Position numbers and translations under genes: made by a program. This document shows, one piece after another, positions 1 through 8,983 of a DNA stretch of 64,000 nucleotides. The first letter of the stretch is position 1; every line of letters begins with the position of its first letter. The notes under the pieces are model-generated. The model was not told the DNA's origin and did not search any database. It saw only the letters and a list, made by a program, of their open reading frames with translations. The stretch comes from a virus (taxonomy: Duplodnaviria > Caudoviricetes). Location of the stretch: IMG/VR virus record IMGVR_UViG_3300034061_004620; one strand, 5' to 3'.

Positions 1-2
1 TC

Positions 3-317
3 ATTGCTGCTCCATTCTTGCCAGCTCCACTCAAGCCCGAGTTGGCTGTGCGTGTTTATGGAGTGGATACTCCTGAAAAAGGCCATAGAGCCATGTGTCC
101 AAGCGAAGCACAAAGAGGTGAAGCAGCCACAGCGTTTACAAAAAATGCAGTGGCCAAATCAGTCAAGCGTCAGGTAGTGCTTTACGGTTGGGACAAGTTT
201 GGTGGGCGAGTATTAGGCGACATGATTCTTGATGGACAAAGCTTGCGAGCTCAACTTATTGCCAATGGATACGCAAGAGAGTATTATGGTGAAGCCAAAC
301 AGTCATGGTGTAACTAA
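3..317 (+). CDS. Thermonuclease (SNase-like) family protein, 5'-truncated by the window edge
   Basis: Frame is open from base 3. Motifs VRVYGVDTPE, DKFGGRVLG and LIANGYAREY match the SNase fold. Confidence 0.8.
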   Translation: MAAPFLPAPLKPELAVRVYGVDTPEKGHRAMCPSEAQRGEAATAFTKNAVAKSVKRQVVLYGWDKFGGRVLGDMILDGQSLRAQLIANGYAREYYGEAKQSWCN

Positions 318-372
318 AGGACCAGACACACCTGATGACGATCGTCCGGTTGTGCCTTACAGTGATCATTAA

Positions 373-540
373 ATGAAATGGATTTTTGTTCTAATGGTGT
401 TAGTGGTTGATGATGGAGTATGGAGAGCATGGAACAGTTATCCTACTTTAGCAGAATGCGACGAAGTTATACAAGTGATAACTCATCATAGAGAAGAAAA
501 AATTAAAGCCTATTGTTTGGCCAGGCAAGTAGATGAATGA
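373..540 (+). CDS. Small hypothetical protein (55 aa) with hydrophobic N-terminus
   Basis: Read manually (below the track cutoff): MKWIFVLMVLVVDDGVWRAWNSYPTLAECDEVI...AYCLARQVDE. Overlaps the next gene by 8 nt. Confidence 0.55.
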   Translation: MKWIFVLMVLVVDDGVWRAWNSYPTLAECDEVIQVITHHREEKIKAYCLARQVDE

Positions 541-742
541 TATTGAACAATTACGAGTATTAGCTGGTATTAGTAACCGTGCAGTGATGCAGGAGTACAA
601 AGGCTTTCCGGGTAGTAATATCTCTGTTACCGGAAATGAAAAAGGCGAACTCATGAAAAAACATGACATTCGCCCCGGTACTGATGCTTGGTTTAAACTT
701 TGGTTCAGCAAGCCATATTTAACTGGTGAACGGCCAATATGA
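533..742 (+). CDS. Small hypothetical phage protein (69 aa)
   Basis: Fits operon packing (ATGA overlap with the next gene). Carries LRVLAGI and PGTDAWFK motifs shared with other ORFs in this window. Confidence 0.75.
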   Translation: MNDIEQLRVLAGISNRAVMQEYKGFPGSNISVTGNEKGELMKKHDIRPGTDAWFKLWFSKPYLTGERPI

Positions 743-1689
743 GAGTCTTAGTTGATCAACTTTATGCTCATGTTGTTCCGTCAAATTTAACATACGATTT
801 TTTAGATCAAAAGATAGATATTGATTCTTTAAATTATCAAAGTAATAAAGTAAACATAGTTGATCTATCACAGAATTGTCTTACTGAACTTGATAAACAA
901 GCTTATCATAAGTTTTTGCAAACTTCCGATTCAGTAATAATTTTACATCCTGACCCAAGAATACACGACGAGTCAGTAATTTATTATCCGTTCTGGCAAA
1001 TTTATGGAATGCGTGAATGGGAAAGAAATAATTTCACTTATTCAAGAAATTGTATAATGAGTTGTCTTAACGGGAATCCGCACGAACATCGGTGGTATAT
1101 TTACAGAAATTTAATAAAAATGGATTACAATGATGTTATGTATTCATTTCATAATAATTCTCATTACGATTTAAATTATACCAATTGCGGATCAGAACTA
1201 TCTCATTATTTCCAACAAGAAAAACATAGTTTTCCGGAACGATCCAGTAATGATTTATCAATATCTCACGACGCCTATAAAAAATCTTTTGTAAATCTTG
1301 TTACAGAAACATCAATTGAGGACAACTTGTTTATAAGTGAAAAAACATGGAAACCAATTGCAAGCGGCCAGTTCTTTATAATTGCAGGCCCAAAGGGAAT
1401 TATAAAATATTTACGCGAAACAGGAATAGATGTCTATGACGATATAGTTGATCACAGCTATGACACGATTGCAGATTGGAGAATTAGAATGGACGCGGTA
1501 CTCCAATCTGTTAATAAGTTAATCAATCAAGATCTAAATATGCTGTTTGCACAAACTTCGGCACGTAGAAAACAAAATGTTGAACATTTTTTTTCGGGTA
1601 GTATAGCACAACCCTATTTAGAAAAATTAGAAAAACTAATTAACTCTAAGCTGCCGCAGCATCTCTACCCAAATACTGATTCCATTTAG
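739..1689 (+). CDS. Hypothetical protein with a GT10/GT-B-like C-terminal domain
   Basis: NLVTET...ISEKTWKPI...FIIAG...DHSYD block resembles the EN/T...TEK motif of fucosyltransferase-like GTs. Paralogous block in 38027..39211. Confidence 0.5.
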   Translation: MRVLVDQLYAHVVPSNLTYDFLDQKIDIDSLNYQSNKVNIVDLSQNCLTELDKQAYHKFLQTSDSVIILHPDPRIHDESVIYYPFWQIYGMREWERNNFTYSRNCIMSCLNGNPHEHRWYIYRNLIKMDYNDVMYSFHNNSHYDLNYTNCGSELSHYFQQEKHSFPERSSNDLSISHDAYKKSFVNLVTETSIEDNLFISEKTWKPIASGQFFIIAGPKGIIKYLRETGIDVYDDIVDHSYDTIADWRIRMDAVLQSVNKLINQDLNMLFAQTSARRKQNVEHFFSGSIAQPYLEKLEKLINSKLPQHLYPNTDSI

Positions 1690-2176
1690 GATCTTTTACT
1701 CTAAATGGACTGTTTTTCCATGCCGCCGCTAATGCCCAATAATCCGGGCGATATGGTTTGCGAACAGGTTTCATAAAATTTTTGTCAGCTTTTTTAAAAT
1801 TACAGGCTTTGCAACTGGTTACACAATTGGTCCATTCAGTTTTGCCACCTTGACTTATAGGGGTAACGTGATCAATCGTAAGATCTTGGAAATCGAATGT
1901 ATCTTCACAATACTGGCACTGATAAAGGTCGCGTAGATACATGTTGTATCTTGTGAAGTTGACCTTGCGTTTAAAATTGAAATATTCGCGAGTGATAGCA
2001 ACACTGGGCACATTGATAGCAAGCTTTTCGCTCCTTATAATCCAGTCTGGGTATGTTTCAATCACCTGAATTCTACCCAGATACATGAGCTTGACAGCAT
2101 GTTGCCAGTGGATAACACTTAGCGGGAGTACACTAATTGGAGTGTAATCTTTATTCAAAAGTAAAGTATGTGACAT
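1646..2176 (-). CDS. HNH endonuclease (McrA-like)
   Basis: RDLYQCQYC...TIDHVTPISQGG...NCVTSCKACNFKK. Start taken at MSHTLLLN (2176). Confidence 0.9.
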   Translation of the reverse strand: MSHTLLLNKDYTPISVLPLSVIHWQHAVKLMYLGRIQVIETYPDWIIRSEKLAINVPSVAITREYFNFKRKVNFTRYNMYLRDLYQCQYCEDTFDFQDLTIDHVTPISQGGKTEWTNCVTSCKACNFKKADKNFMKPVRKPYRPDYWALAAAWKNSPFRVKDPKWNQYLGRDAAAA

Positions 2177-2187
2177 AAGTAATTTAT

Positions 2188-3756
2188 ATGAAAACCAATG
2201 ATACAACTATTATAAAGAGTCCGTACCAAAAGGTCAACTTTTCTGAGGATCAAATTGTAGAGTTTATGCGATGTGCTGATCCTGAATCGGGACCAGAATA
2301 CTTTATGAGCAACTATTTCTACATTCAGCACCCGGTTCGGGGAAAAATGCTATATCAACCTTTTGAGTATCAACGGAAACTTATAGATACTTATCACAAT
2401 AATAGATTTAGCATCAGCCTGATGCCTCGACAAACCGGCAAAACCACAAGTGCCGCAGGATACTTGCTTTGGTTTGCTATGTTTAGACCAGATTCAACCA
2501 TATTAATTGCAGCACACAAGTATACCGGTGCCCAAGAAATCATGCAACGTGTTCGTTATGCCTACGAACTATGTCCAGACTGGATCAGGGCAGGTGTTAC
2601 CAGCTATAACAAAGGATCAATTGATTTTGAAAATGGAAGTCGCATTGTAAGCCAAACAACAACAGAGACTACCGGCCGAGGTATGAGTATTACCCTACTA
2701 TACTGTGACGAGTTTGCATTCGTTAGACCCACAATTGCCAAAGAGTTTTGGACTTCAATATCACCGACACTCAGCACTGGAGGTAAAGCAATTATTACCA
2801 GTACACCTAATAGTGATGAAGATCAATTTGCGTTTATATGGAAACAGGCAAATAAAACCATTGATGAGTTTGGAAATCCACGAACAGATGGCTTGGGCGT
2901 AAATGGATTTAAAGGATATCAGGCCAGCTGGTGGGAGCATCCAGATAGAGACCAACAATGGAAACAAGAAGAGATTGGTCGAATTGGGGAAGAACGTTTC
3001 AGACGCGAGCACGGGTGTGAGTTTTTGATCTATGACGAAACCTTGATTAACTCAATTAAACTGTCAGAACTGGTGAGTAAAGAGCCGCTTGAATTACAAG
3101 GACAAGTAAGGTGGTTTCAAAAACCGCAGAGAAACAAAACATATGTGATTGGACTTGATCCCAGTTTAGGAACAGGAGGCGACTATGCAGCAATTGAAGT
3201 TTTTGAATTGCCTACGATGGTACAAGTGGCCGAGTGGCAGCACAACAAGACACCTGTGCAAAGACAAATCGCTATTCTTAAAGAAATTTGTGAGTACATA
3301 TACGATACCGTTGGTACTACCAATGACATATACTATAGTGTAGAGAATAACACCTTAGGTGAAGCAGCCTTGGTAGTTATAGCAGAATTTGGCGAAGAAA
3401 ATATTAAAGGAACGTTTTTAAGCCAACCTATAAAAGCCGGGCAAGCAAGACTTCATAGAAAAGGATTTACAACTACAAATAAAACAAAATTAGCAGTATG
3501 CGCCAAATTGAAAAATTTAATTGAAAACAACAAAATGACACTAAACAGTAAAAATTTAATTAGCGAGCTAAAAACATTTGTAGCCAGTGGCGCAGGATTT
3601 GCAGCCAAAATTGGAGAAACGGACGATTTGGTATCAAGCACTTTATTGGTACTTAGAGTAATACAGGCTTTGCAAAGTTTTGATGCAGAGCTTGATGAAA
3701 AATTACGTGACAAAACTGATGACTACTTGGCACCAATGCCATTTATATTGGTATGA
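2188..3756 (+). CDS. terL: Terminase large subunit (T4 gp17-like)
   Basis: Walker A PRQTGKTT, Walker B LLYCDEFAF, coupling motif ITSTPN, RNase H-like nuclease IGLDPSLG...GDY and DDLV. Confidence 0.97.
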   Translation: MKTNDTTIIKSPYQKVNFSEDQIVEFMRCADPESGPEYFMSNYFYIQHPVRGKMLYQPFEYQRKLIDTYHNNRFSISLMPRQTGKTTSAAGYLLWFAMFRPDSTILIAAHKYTGAQEIMQRVRYAYELCPDWIRAGVTSYNKGSIDFENGSRIVSQTTTETTGRGMSITLLYCDEFAFVRPTIAKEFWTSISPTLSTGGKAIITSTPNSDEDQFAFIWKQANKTIDEFGNPRTDGLGVNGFKGYQASWWEHPDRDQQWKQEEIGRIGEERFRREHGCEFLIYDETLINSIKLSELVSKEPLELQGQVRWFQKPQRNKTYVIGLDPSLGTGGDYAAIEVFELPTMVQVAEWQHNKTPVQRQIAILKEICEYIYDTVGTTNDIYYSVENNTLGEAALVVIAEFGEENIKGTFLSQPIKAGQARLHRKGFTTTNKTKLAVCAKLKNLIENNKMTLNSKNLISELKTFVASGAGFAAKIGETDDLVSSTLLVLRVIQALQSFDAELDEKLRDKTDDYLAPMPFILV

Positions 3757-4304
3757 AAATAACTGCTGTCGATGACAAAAAAGATTTATTTCTTGTAGAA
3801 GATATCTTACCTGACAATATAATCGGCGCGATACAACAATTGGATCTTGATAGTTTGGATTGGGAATTACAATCTGGGCAAGAAGTATGGAAAAGAAAGA
3901 AGCTGATTCCGCCCGCGTCATGTGTTTTAAACGACGTAGATCCCTATTTAAATTCAGTGCGATTGCAAATAGCTGACACGATTGGAATAGAATTAGTAGA
4001 ATATGATTGTTGGAGCAGTTTCTGGTATGATACAGAAGGTTTTACCACAGATATTCATTTAGATGGTACTTTGCCAAATGCTATGCAGCTATATTTAAAA
4101 AACGGTCCTGAAAATTTTGGAACAGTATTTTATTACAATAATAGCGTGCCGTGGAAAGTAAGGTATAAATTTAAATACAAACCAAATACAGGGTATATAA
4201 TGTTAAACAATCCTGATCAATGGCATGCTGTGCCTGTGGTTCTGGCAGCAGGACAATCCAGGTTTAGCAGTTACACTTACTTTGGTAACTATAGCCATAA
4301 ATAA
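3753..4304 (+). CDS. Putative 2OG-Fe(II) oxygenase-fold protein
   Basis: HxD (IHLDG), MQLYL, GTVFY, distal His (WHAV) and R-x-S (RFSSY) follow the double-stranded beta-helix dioxygenase pattern. Confidence 0.6.
   Translation: MKITAVDDKKDLFLVEDILPDNIIGAIQQLDLDSLDWELQSGQEVWKRKKLIPPASCVLNDVDPYLNSVRLQIADTIGIELVEYDCWSSFWYDTEGFTTDIHLDGTLPNAMQLYLKNGPENFGTVFYYNNSVPWKVRYKFKYKPNTGYIMLNNPDQWHAVPVVLAAGQSRFSSYTYFGNYSHK
4298..4303 (+). promoter_or_regulatory. T4-late-like promoter (ATAAATA)
   Basis: TAAATA 7 nt upstream of ATG 4311. Same spacing at 16070 and 49759. Confidence 0.6.
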
Positions 4305-4310
4305 TACATT

Positions 4311-5762
4311 ATGCGTGAATTAGATAAAATATCAGCTGCTTTATTTGACAAAATACGTGCTCGCTTTGATCATGTGAATATTGGCGACGAAAATGCCCAA
4401 AGAGTTACAGACCCAGAAAAAGCAAGATTTCTAAATTTTGATTACATCAGCGAAGATGGTGAGAATTTTGGTAATGTTACTATCAGTCTAATAGATGAAG
4501 ACAGTTTAAAAATCTACTTTGGCGCAAATATTACCGAAGCACTGGACGAAGAACAAGAAACAGAATGGTATAAATTTTTGCGTGGGCTCCGCGAGTTTGC
4601 AAGACGTAACATGTTGAATTTTGATGTTAGGGATATTAATCGTAGTAATTTAGATCTTAAAGACATTAAACAACAGAGTGTATCAGACGCCACTTACGAT
4701 AAAGAAGAATTGGCCATTGCCGAAGGAAGATTGTACGGACACGGCAATAACCGCAGAGTAAGTTTCGGTGATGTAGGCGAACACAAACTTATTATCAAGC
4801 ACAGAGATCAAATTGATCCAGAACGGCACGGTGCAAGAGCCAGACAAATAGAACATGTGTTCATCGAAACTCCAGTTGGAGAAAGATTCCTATTAGATCA
4901 TACCAATTTACATGGTGCCAGAGCTACAGCCAATCATTTACGCCACGGTGGTAACATTGGCGACGAAGGTAGTCAATTAATTAACGAAATGGTCAAAGAA
5001 ATGGCCAGCATGCGCCATTTTGTGCGTTCGATGAAAAATAGAACATTTGAAGATGCTGAAACTTCGGGCATGGTGGAAGCAGCCATTTATCGCTACAACG
5101 AAGTTAAAAATAATTTGAAACGTTTTCAAGGTCGAAAAGGCCATGAATTACTAATAGACATGTGTGATCGCCGTTACAATGACATGGACGAAACAGTGGA
5201 TGTAGACTCATTGCGCGAGCGTTTTGTGAAGAAAATTTACGATGATAGGTTCAACGAAGCACTACCATATGTTTATCGTGCATACAAAAACAAACAAAAA
5301 ATGGACACACCAATGACAGTGGAATTTGAGTCTTGGGCAAATGAAATTACTGAACAGACTTGGGATGAGGATAATGACGATAGAGATGAACAAGATTTAA
5401 CAGTGCTCATGCAAACTCCTATCGCAGTAGGTGTAGATGCATCAGATGGTATAGCTGCTATTTCTAACATCAATTTTTTACAAGACGATGAATTAAAACA
5501 AGCACTATTAAAATTGAGTCAGGTTCAAGGTCCAGATGCTGATGCAAGACGTACAATAGTTGGCTGGCTGGCTGCAAATGGAGAAACTGCATTAGCGAAC
5601 CAATTTATGCAAGTACTACAACAACAAAATACTAACACACAGCCAGCACCACAGCAACCGGTTCCACCACCTCAACCAGTAGGCGCAACCACAATGGATC
5701 AACCGGTAGTACAAGAAGATTTAGGATTTTTACGCAAGTTGGCAGGTTTGGTTAAAAAATAA
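4311..5762 (+). CDS. Conserved-looking hypothetical protein, probably late/virion-associated (483 aa)
   Basis: Long ORF behind a late-like promoter, acidic and Q/P-rich linker, C-terminal LRKLAGL motif. Function not recognised. Confidence 0.8.
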   Translation: MRELDKISAALFDKIRARFDHVNIGDENAQRVTDPEKARFLNFDYISEDGENFGNVTISLIDEDSLKIYFGANITEALDEEQETEWYKFLRGLREFARRNMLNFDVRDINRSNLDLKDIKQQSVSDATYDKEELAIAEGRLYGHGNNRRVSFGDVGEHKLIIKHRDQIDPERHGARARQIEHVFIETPVGERFLLDHTNLHGARATANHLRHGGNIGDEGSQLINEMVKEMASMRHFVRSMKNRTFEDAETSGMVEAAIYRYNEVKNNLKRFQGRKGHELLIDMCDRRYNDMDETVDVDSLRERFVKKIYDDRFNEALPYVYRAYKNKQKMDTPMTVEFESWANEITEQTWDEDNDDRDEQDLTVLMQTPIAVGVDASDGIAAISNINFLQDDELKQALLKLSQVQGPDADARRTIVGWLAANGETALANQFMQVLQQQNTNTQPAPQQPVPPPQPVGATTMDQPVVQEDLGFLRKLAGLVKK

Positions 5763-5773
5763 TAAATTTATTA

Positions 5774-5868
5774 TTGACTTGCTAAATACAATTGTTATAC
5801 AATTGCACGGTGCAGTTGTATATCCAGGCACAAACATTATGGCATTTTATAAGGAGAAACATTATGGC
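5774..5868 (+). promoter_or_regulatory. gp32 leader: overlapping sigma70-like and late-like promoters, hairpin and duplicated start motif
   Basis: TTGACT 5774, TAAATA 5783, hairpin TATACAATTGCA-CGG-TGCAGTTGTATA 5796-5822, AAACATTATGGC at 5832 and 5857, SD AAGGAG 5851. Confidence 0.6.
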
Positions 5869-6865
5869 CACATCTTTAGCAGAAATTCGCGCTAAACTTC
5901 AAGCGCAAGAGAACCGTTCGCAAGGCGGACAATCACAAGGCGACAACGCCATCTATGCACACTGGAACATTCCAGAAGGCTCAAGTGCAAAAATTAGATT
6001 CCTACCAGACGCTAACACACAGAACTCATTCTTCTGGGTTGAGCGACTGATGATTCGCCTGCCGTTTGCAGGCATCAAAGGACAATCAGATTCAAAACCA
6101 GTTGTGGTACAGGTACCTTGCGTAGAAATGTATGGTGACGCCTGTCCTATTTTGGCAGAAGTACGTACTTGGTTCAAGGACCCAGGACTTGAAGAAATGG
6201 GTCGTAAGTACTGGAAAAAGAAAAGTTACTTGTTCCAAGGCTTTGTAAGAGAAAATCCATTGGCGGATGACAAAACACCTGAGAATCCTATTCGTAGATT
6301 CGTTATTAGTCCCCAGATCTTTAATTTAATCAAGGCTGCACTTATGGACCCAGAATTAGAAAGCATGCCAACTGATTACACCGCTGGTTTGGATTTTACT
6401 GTGACAAAAACTTCTAAGGGCGGCTATGCAGATTACAGCACCAGTAAGTGGAGCCGCAAAGAGACTGCGCTGAACGCACAAGAACAAGGTGCAATTGACA
6501 GCTTTGGTCTTTATAACTTAAGTGACTTCTTACCCAAGCGTCCAGGTGAAGTTGAACTAAAGGTGATCAAGGAAATGTTTGAAGCAAGTGTGGACGGCCA
6601 AGCATATGATCCAGAGCGTTGGAGTCAATATTTCAAGCCCAGCGGCTTTCAAACAAAAGGCGGTGACGATACAGAAAATACTTCGGCATCTACACCTGCT
6701 GCCAAAACAGCTCCTGCTCCCGTTCAATCTGCTGCACCAATTGATGCCGATGAGGAAGATGACGCACCAGTGGCAACTGCACCTGTGCAAGCCTCTGCTG
6801 CCAAACCATCAAGTCAACGAGCTGAGGATATCTTGGCTATGATTAGGAACCGTAGCAAGCAATAA
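5864..6865 (+). CDS. gp32: Single-stranded DNA-binding protein (T4 gp32-like)
   Basis: MATSLAEIRAKL start after AAGGAG; IRFLPD, CPIL, YWKKKSYLFQGFV, DFTVTKTSKGGYADYSTSKW; acidic tail. Confidence 0.92.
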   Translation: MATSLAEIRAKLQAQENRSQGGQSQGDNAIYAHWNIPEGSSAKIRFLPDANTQNSFFWVERLMIRLPFAGIKGQSDSKPVVVQVPCVEMYGDACPILAEVRTWFKDPGLEEMGRKYWKKKSYLFQGFVRENPLADDKTPENPIRRFVISPQIFNLIKAALMDPELESMPTDYTAGLDFTVTKTSKGGYADYSTSKWSRKETALNAQEQGAIDSFGLYNLSDFLPKRPGEVELKVIKEMFEASVDGQAYDPERWSQYFKPSGFQTKGGDDTENTSASTPAAKTAPAPVQSAAPIDADEEDDAPVATAPVQASAAKPSSQRAEDILAMIRNRSKQ

Positions 6866-6872
6866 GGTAAAA

Positions 6873-7481
6873 ATGTTATCACAACTTGATAACATCATTT
6901 TTCCAGATCGTTGTGATGTGCTTGAAATAGTGCCATCACAACGATATGTCTATCCTATATACAAAAACGGAAGTAGCAGTTTATATAGTTCAGGATTCAG
7001 ACTCGTGAATAATGATGAGTTAAAGCATATACCTGTAATCGATATCTATGTTCGTAATCCGTACGATCGTTTTGTTACTGGTGTAAATACCTTCTTAAAA
7101 CATAATTCCAAATTAGATAGAGAAACTGCATTACACTTTGTAACTAATTATCTGTTTTTGAATAGACATTTTTGCCCGCAGTTTTATTGGTTAGTTAACC
7201 TACAACGATATACTGATGCAAAGATTAAAATTAATCCAATTGAGTCTTTGGCAGAAGTAACATCACTAAAATATAATGTCACCGAAGATTCTAAGTTAGA
7301 TGAAATTCTTAGTACAGACAAATTACATTTTTATTTGTCAATTGATAAAGTTTTGACAGAAGATTTATTAGGAAAAACTGTGCCATTCAACTTGATCCTT
7401 AATACCATAAAACATAGATATACTGAAATTTATAATGAAATAATTCAACGGAGTATTGACGTATGCAATGTCCTCGCTTAG
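6873..7481 (+). CDS. Sulfotransferase-family-like protein
   Basis: PIYKNGSSSL (5'-PSB-like loop) and VRNPYDRFVTG (3'-PB-like motif). Confidence 0.5.
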   Translation: MLSQLDNIIFPDRCDVLEIVPSQRYVYPIYKNGSSSLYSSGFRLVNNDELKHIPVIDIYVRNPYDRFVTGVNTFLKHNSKLDRETALHFVTNYLFLNRHFCPQFYWLVNLQRYTDAKIKINPIESLAEVTSLKYNVTEDSKLDEILSTDKLHFYLSIDKVLTEDLLGKTVPFNLILNTIKHRYTEIYNEIIQRSIDVCNVLA

Positions 7482-8410
7482 ATCATTTTGTAAGATTCAA
7501 TTCAAATGGTACAGTTAGTAGATGTGGACATATGACCAATGCTCCGCAGTTTGATACCTTACGTGAAATGGAAGACAGCTCATGGTTACTTGGTGTAAAG
7601 GCCGAATTAGAATACGGAAATTGGCCAAAAGAATGTGTGCGTTGCCAAGAAACTGAAAATATTAACAATACCAGTATAAGGCTCAATGCAATTAAATTGG
7701 ATCAAATACAAACAAAGTCAGATTATTTAATAGTAGGTGGGATTCTTGATAATACTTGTAACAGTGGTTGTTTTACATGTGATGAGACATATAGCACCAA
7801 GATTGGTAGTTTAAAATCTCGTGTATATCCTATAATAAACAATTCTAATAAATTCTGGAACTTACCCTTAGACCGAATAGTTCATTTAGACATCAACGGT
7901 GGCGAACCAAGTGCAAGTAAAAATTACAAAGAAATATTACAAAATCCTCCGTCAAATGTAAAATCAATTAGAATTAACACAAACGGATCAATTGTTATTG
8001 ATGAAATAAAACAGCTTATTGACAAAGGAATAAAGGTTACTGTGACAGTTAGTCTTGATGGTATCGAAGAGGTACATGATTTTGTACGTTGGCCCATTAA
8101 ATGGGATAAGTTTTATTTAAACCTAATGCATTATAAGGCAATCGATAAATTAGAATTGAATACATGGACAACTGTGAGTGCATTAAATATTGGTAATTTT
8201 TTAAAAATTAAAAAGTTTGTAACAAAATATCAAATTAATCATTCTTATGCATTTTTACAATATCCAGAATCAATAAATGTTAAGTATAAAAATAATCTAA
8301 CATTACCTTATAAAAATATTTTTCCAAATATAGTAGCTATTGATAAAGAAAATCAAATTGATCTTGATGAATTCATAATGAAACAAAAAAAATTGCGTAA
8401 CCTGCAATAA
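7463..8410 (+). CDS. Radical SAM protein with N-terminal Cys-rich (twitch-like) segment
   Basis: CNSGCFTC (CxxxCxxC), INGGEP, INTNGS, VSLDG. Confidence 0.88.
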   Translation: MQCPRLDHFVRFNSNGTVSRCGHMTNAPQFDTLREMEDSSWLLGVKAELEYGNWPKECVRCQETENINNTSIRLNAIKLDQIQTKSDYLIVGGILDNTCNSGCFTCDETYSTKIGSLKSRVYPIINNSNKFWNLPLDRIVHLDINGGEPSASKNYKEILQNPPSNVKSIRINTNGSIVIDEIKQLIDKGIKVTVTVSLDGIEEVHDFVRWPIKWDKFYLNLMHYKAIDKLELNTWTTVSALNIGNFLKIKKFVTKYQINHSYAFLQYPESINVKYKNNLTLPYKNIFPNIVAIDKENQIDLDEFIMKQKKLRNLQ

Positions 8411-8434
8411 TTTTTAGGAATTATACAAACTAAA

Positions 8435-8983
8435 ATGAAAATAGCAATAACTGGTTATAGTGCAGGCATTGGGCAAGCATTAGCAAAAATTTACCAACAG
8501 CAAGGACACGAAATCATTGGCCTTAGTAGACGTAATGGATATAATATCAGAAGCATCAATAAAATTGTTGCTATGGTTGAACACTGCGATATTTTTATTA
8601 ATAACGCCCAAGTAGGCTTCGCGCAGACAGAGTTGTTGTTTGCTATCTATAAGTTGTGGCATAACCAAAAAGATAAATCAATTATTAATATTAGCTCGAT
8701 GCTTACATCTTTTCCTGTATGCACACTGCCAGGAATCGAAATGACGGAATATTTTGTGCAGAAGAAATCTCTTGAAGAAGCTATTTCACAACTAAGAAAT
8801 TATCAAGCCTGGCCAAAACTTTATTTAATTAAGCCTGGTGCAGTAGCAACACAACCAGGACAGACTGATTGCACATCATATGCCAATGTAGATGAATGGG
8901 CTATTCAATTGATAAAAATTTTAGATGCTGGTCCTACCTTAGATGTTTGTGAAATAGCATTGGGTGTAAATTATGGACAGTAA
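8435..8983 (+). CDS. Short-chain dehydrogenase/reductase (SDR)
   Basis: ITGYSAGIG (TGxxxGIG), FINNA, INISS, YFVQK (YxxxK). Confidence 0.88.
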   Translation: MKIAITGYSAGIGQALAKIYQQQGHEIIGLSRRNGYNIRSINKIVAMVEHCDIFINNAQVGFAQTELLFAIYKLWHNQKDKSIINISSMLTSFPVCTLPGIEMTEYFVQKKSLEEAISQLRNYQAWPKLYLIKPGAVATQPGQTDCTSYANVDEWAIQLIKILDAGPTLDVCEIALGVNYGQ

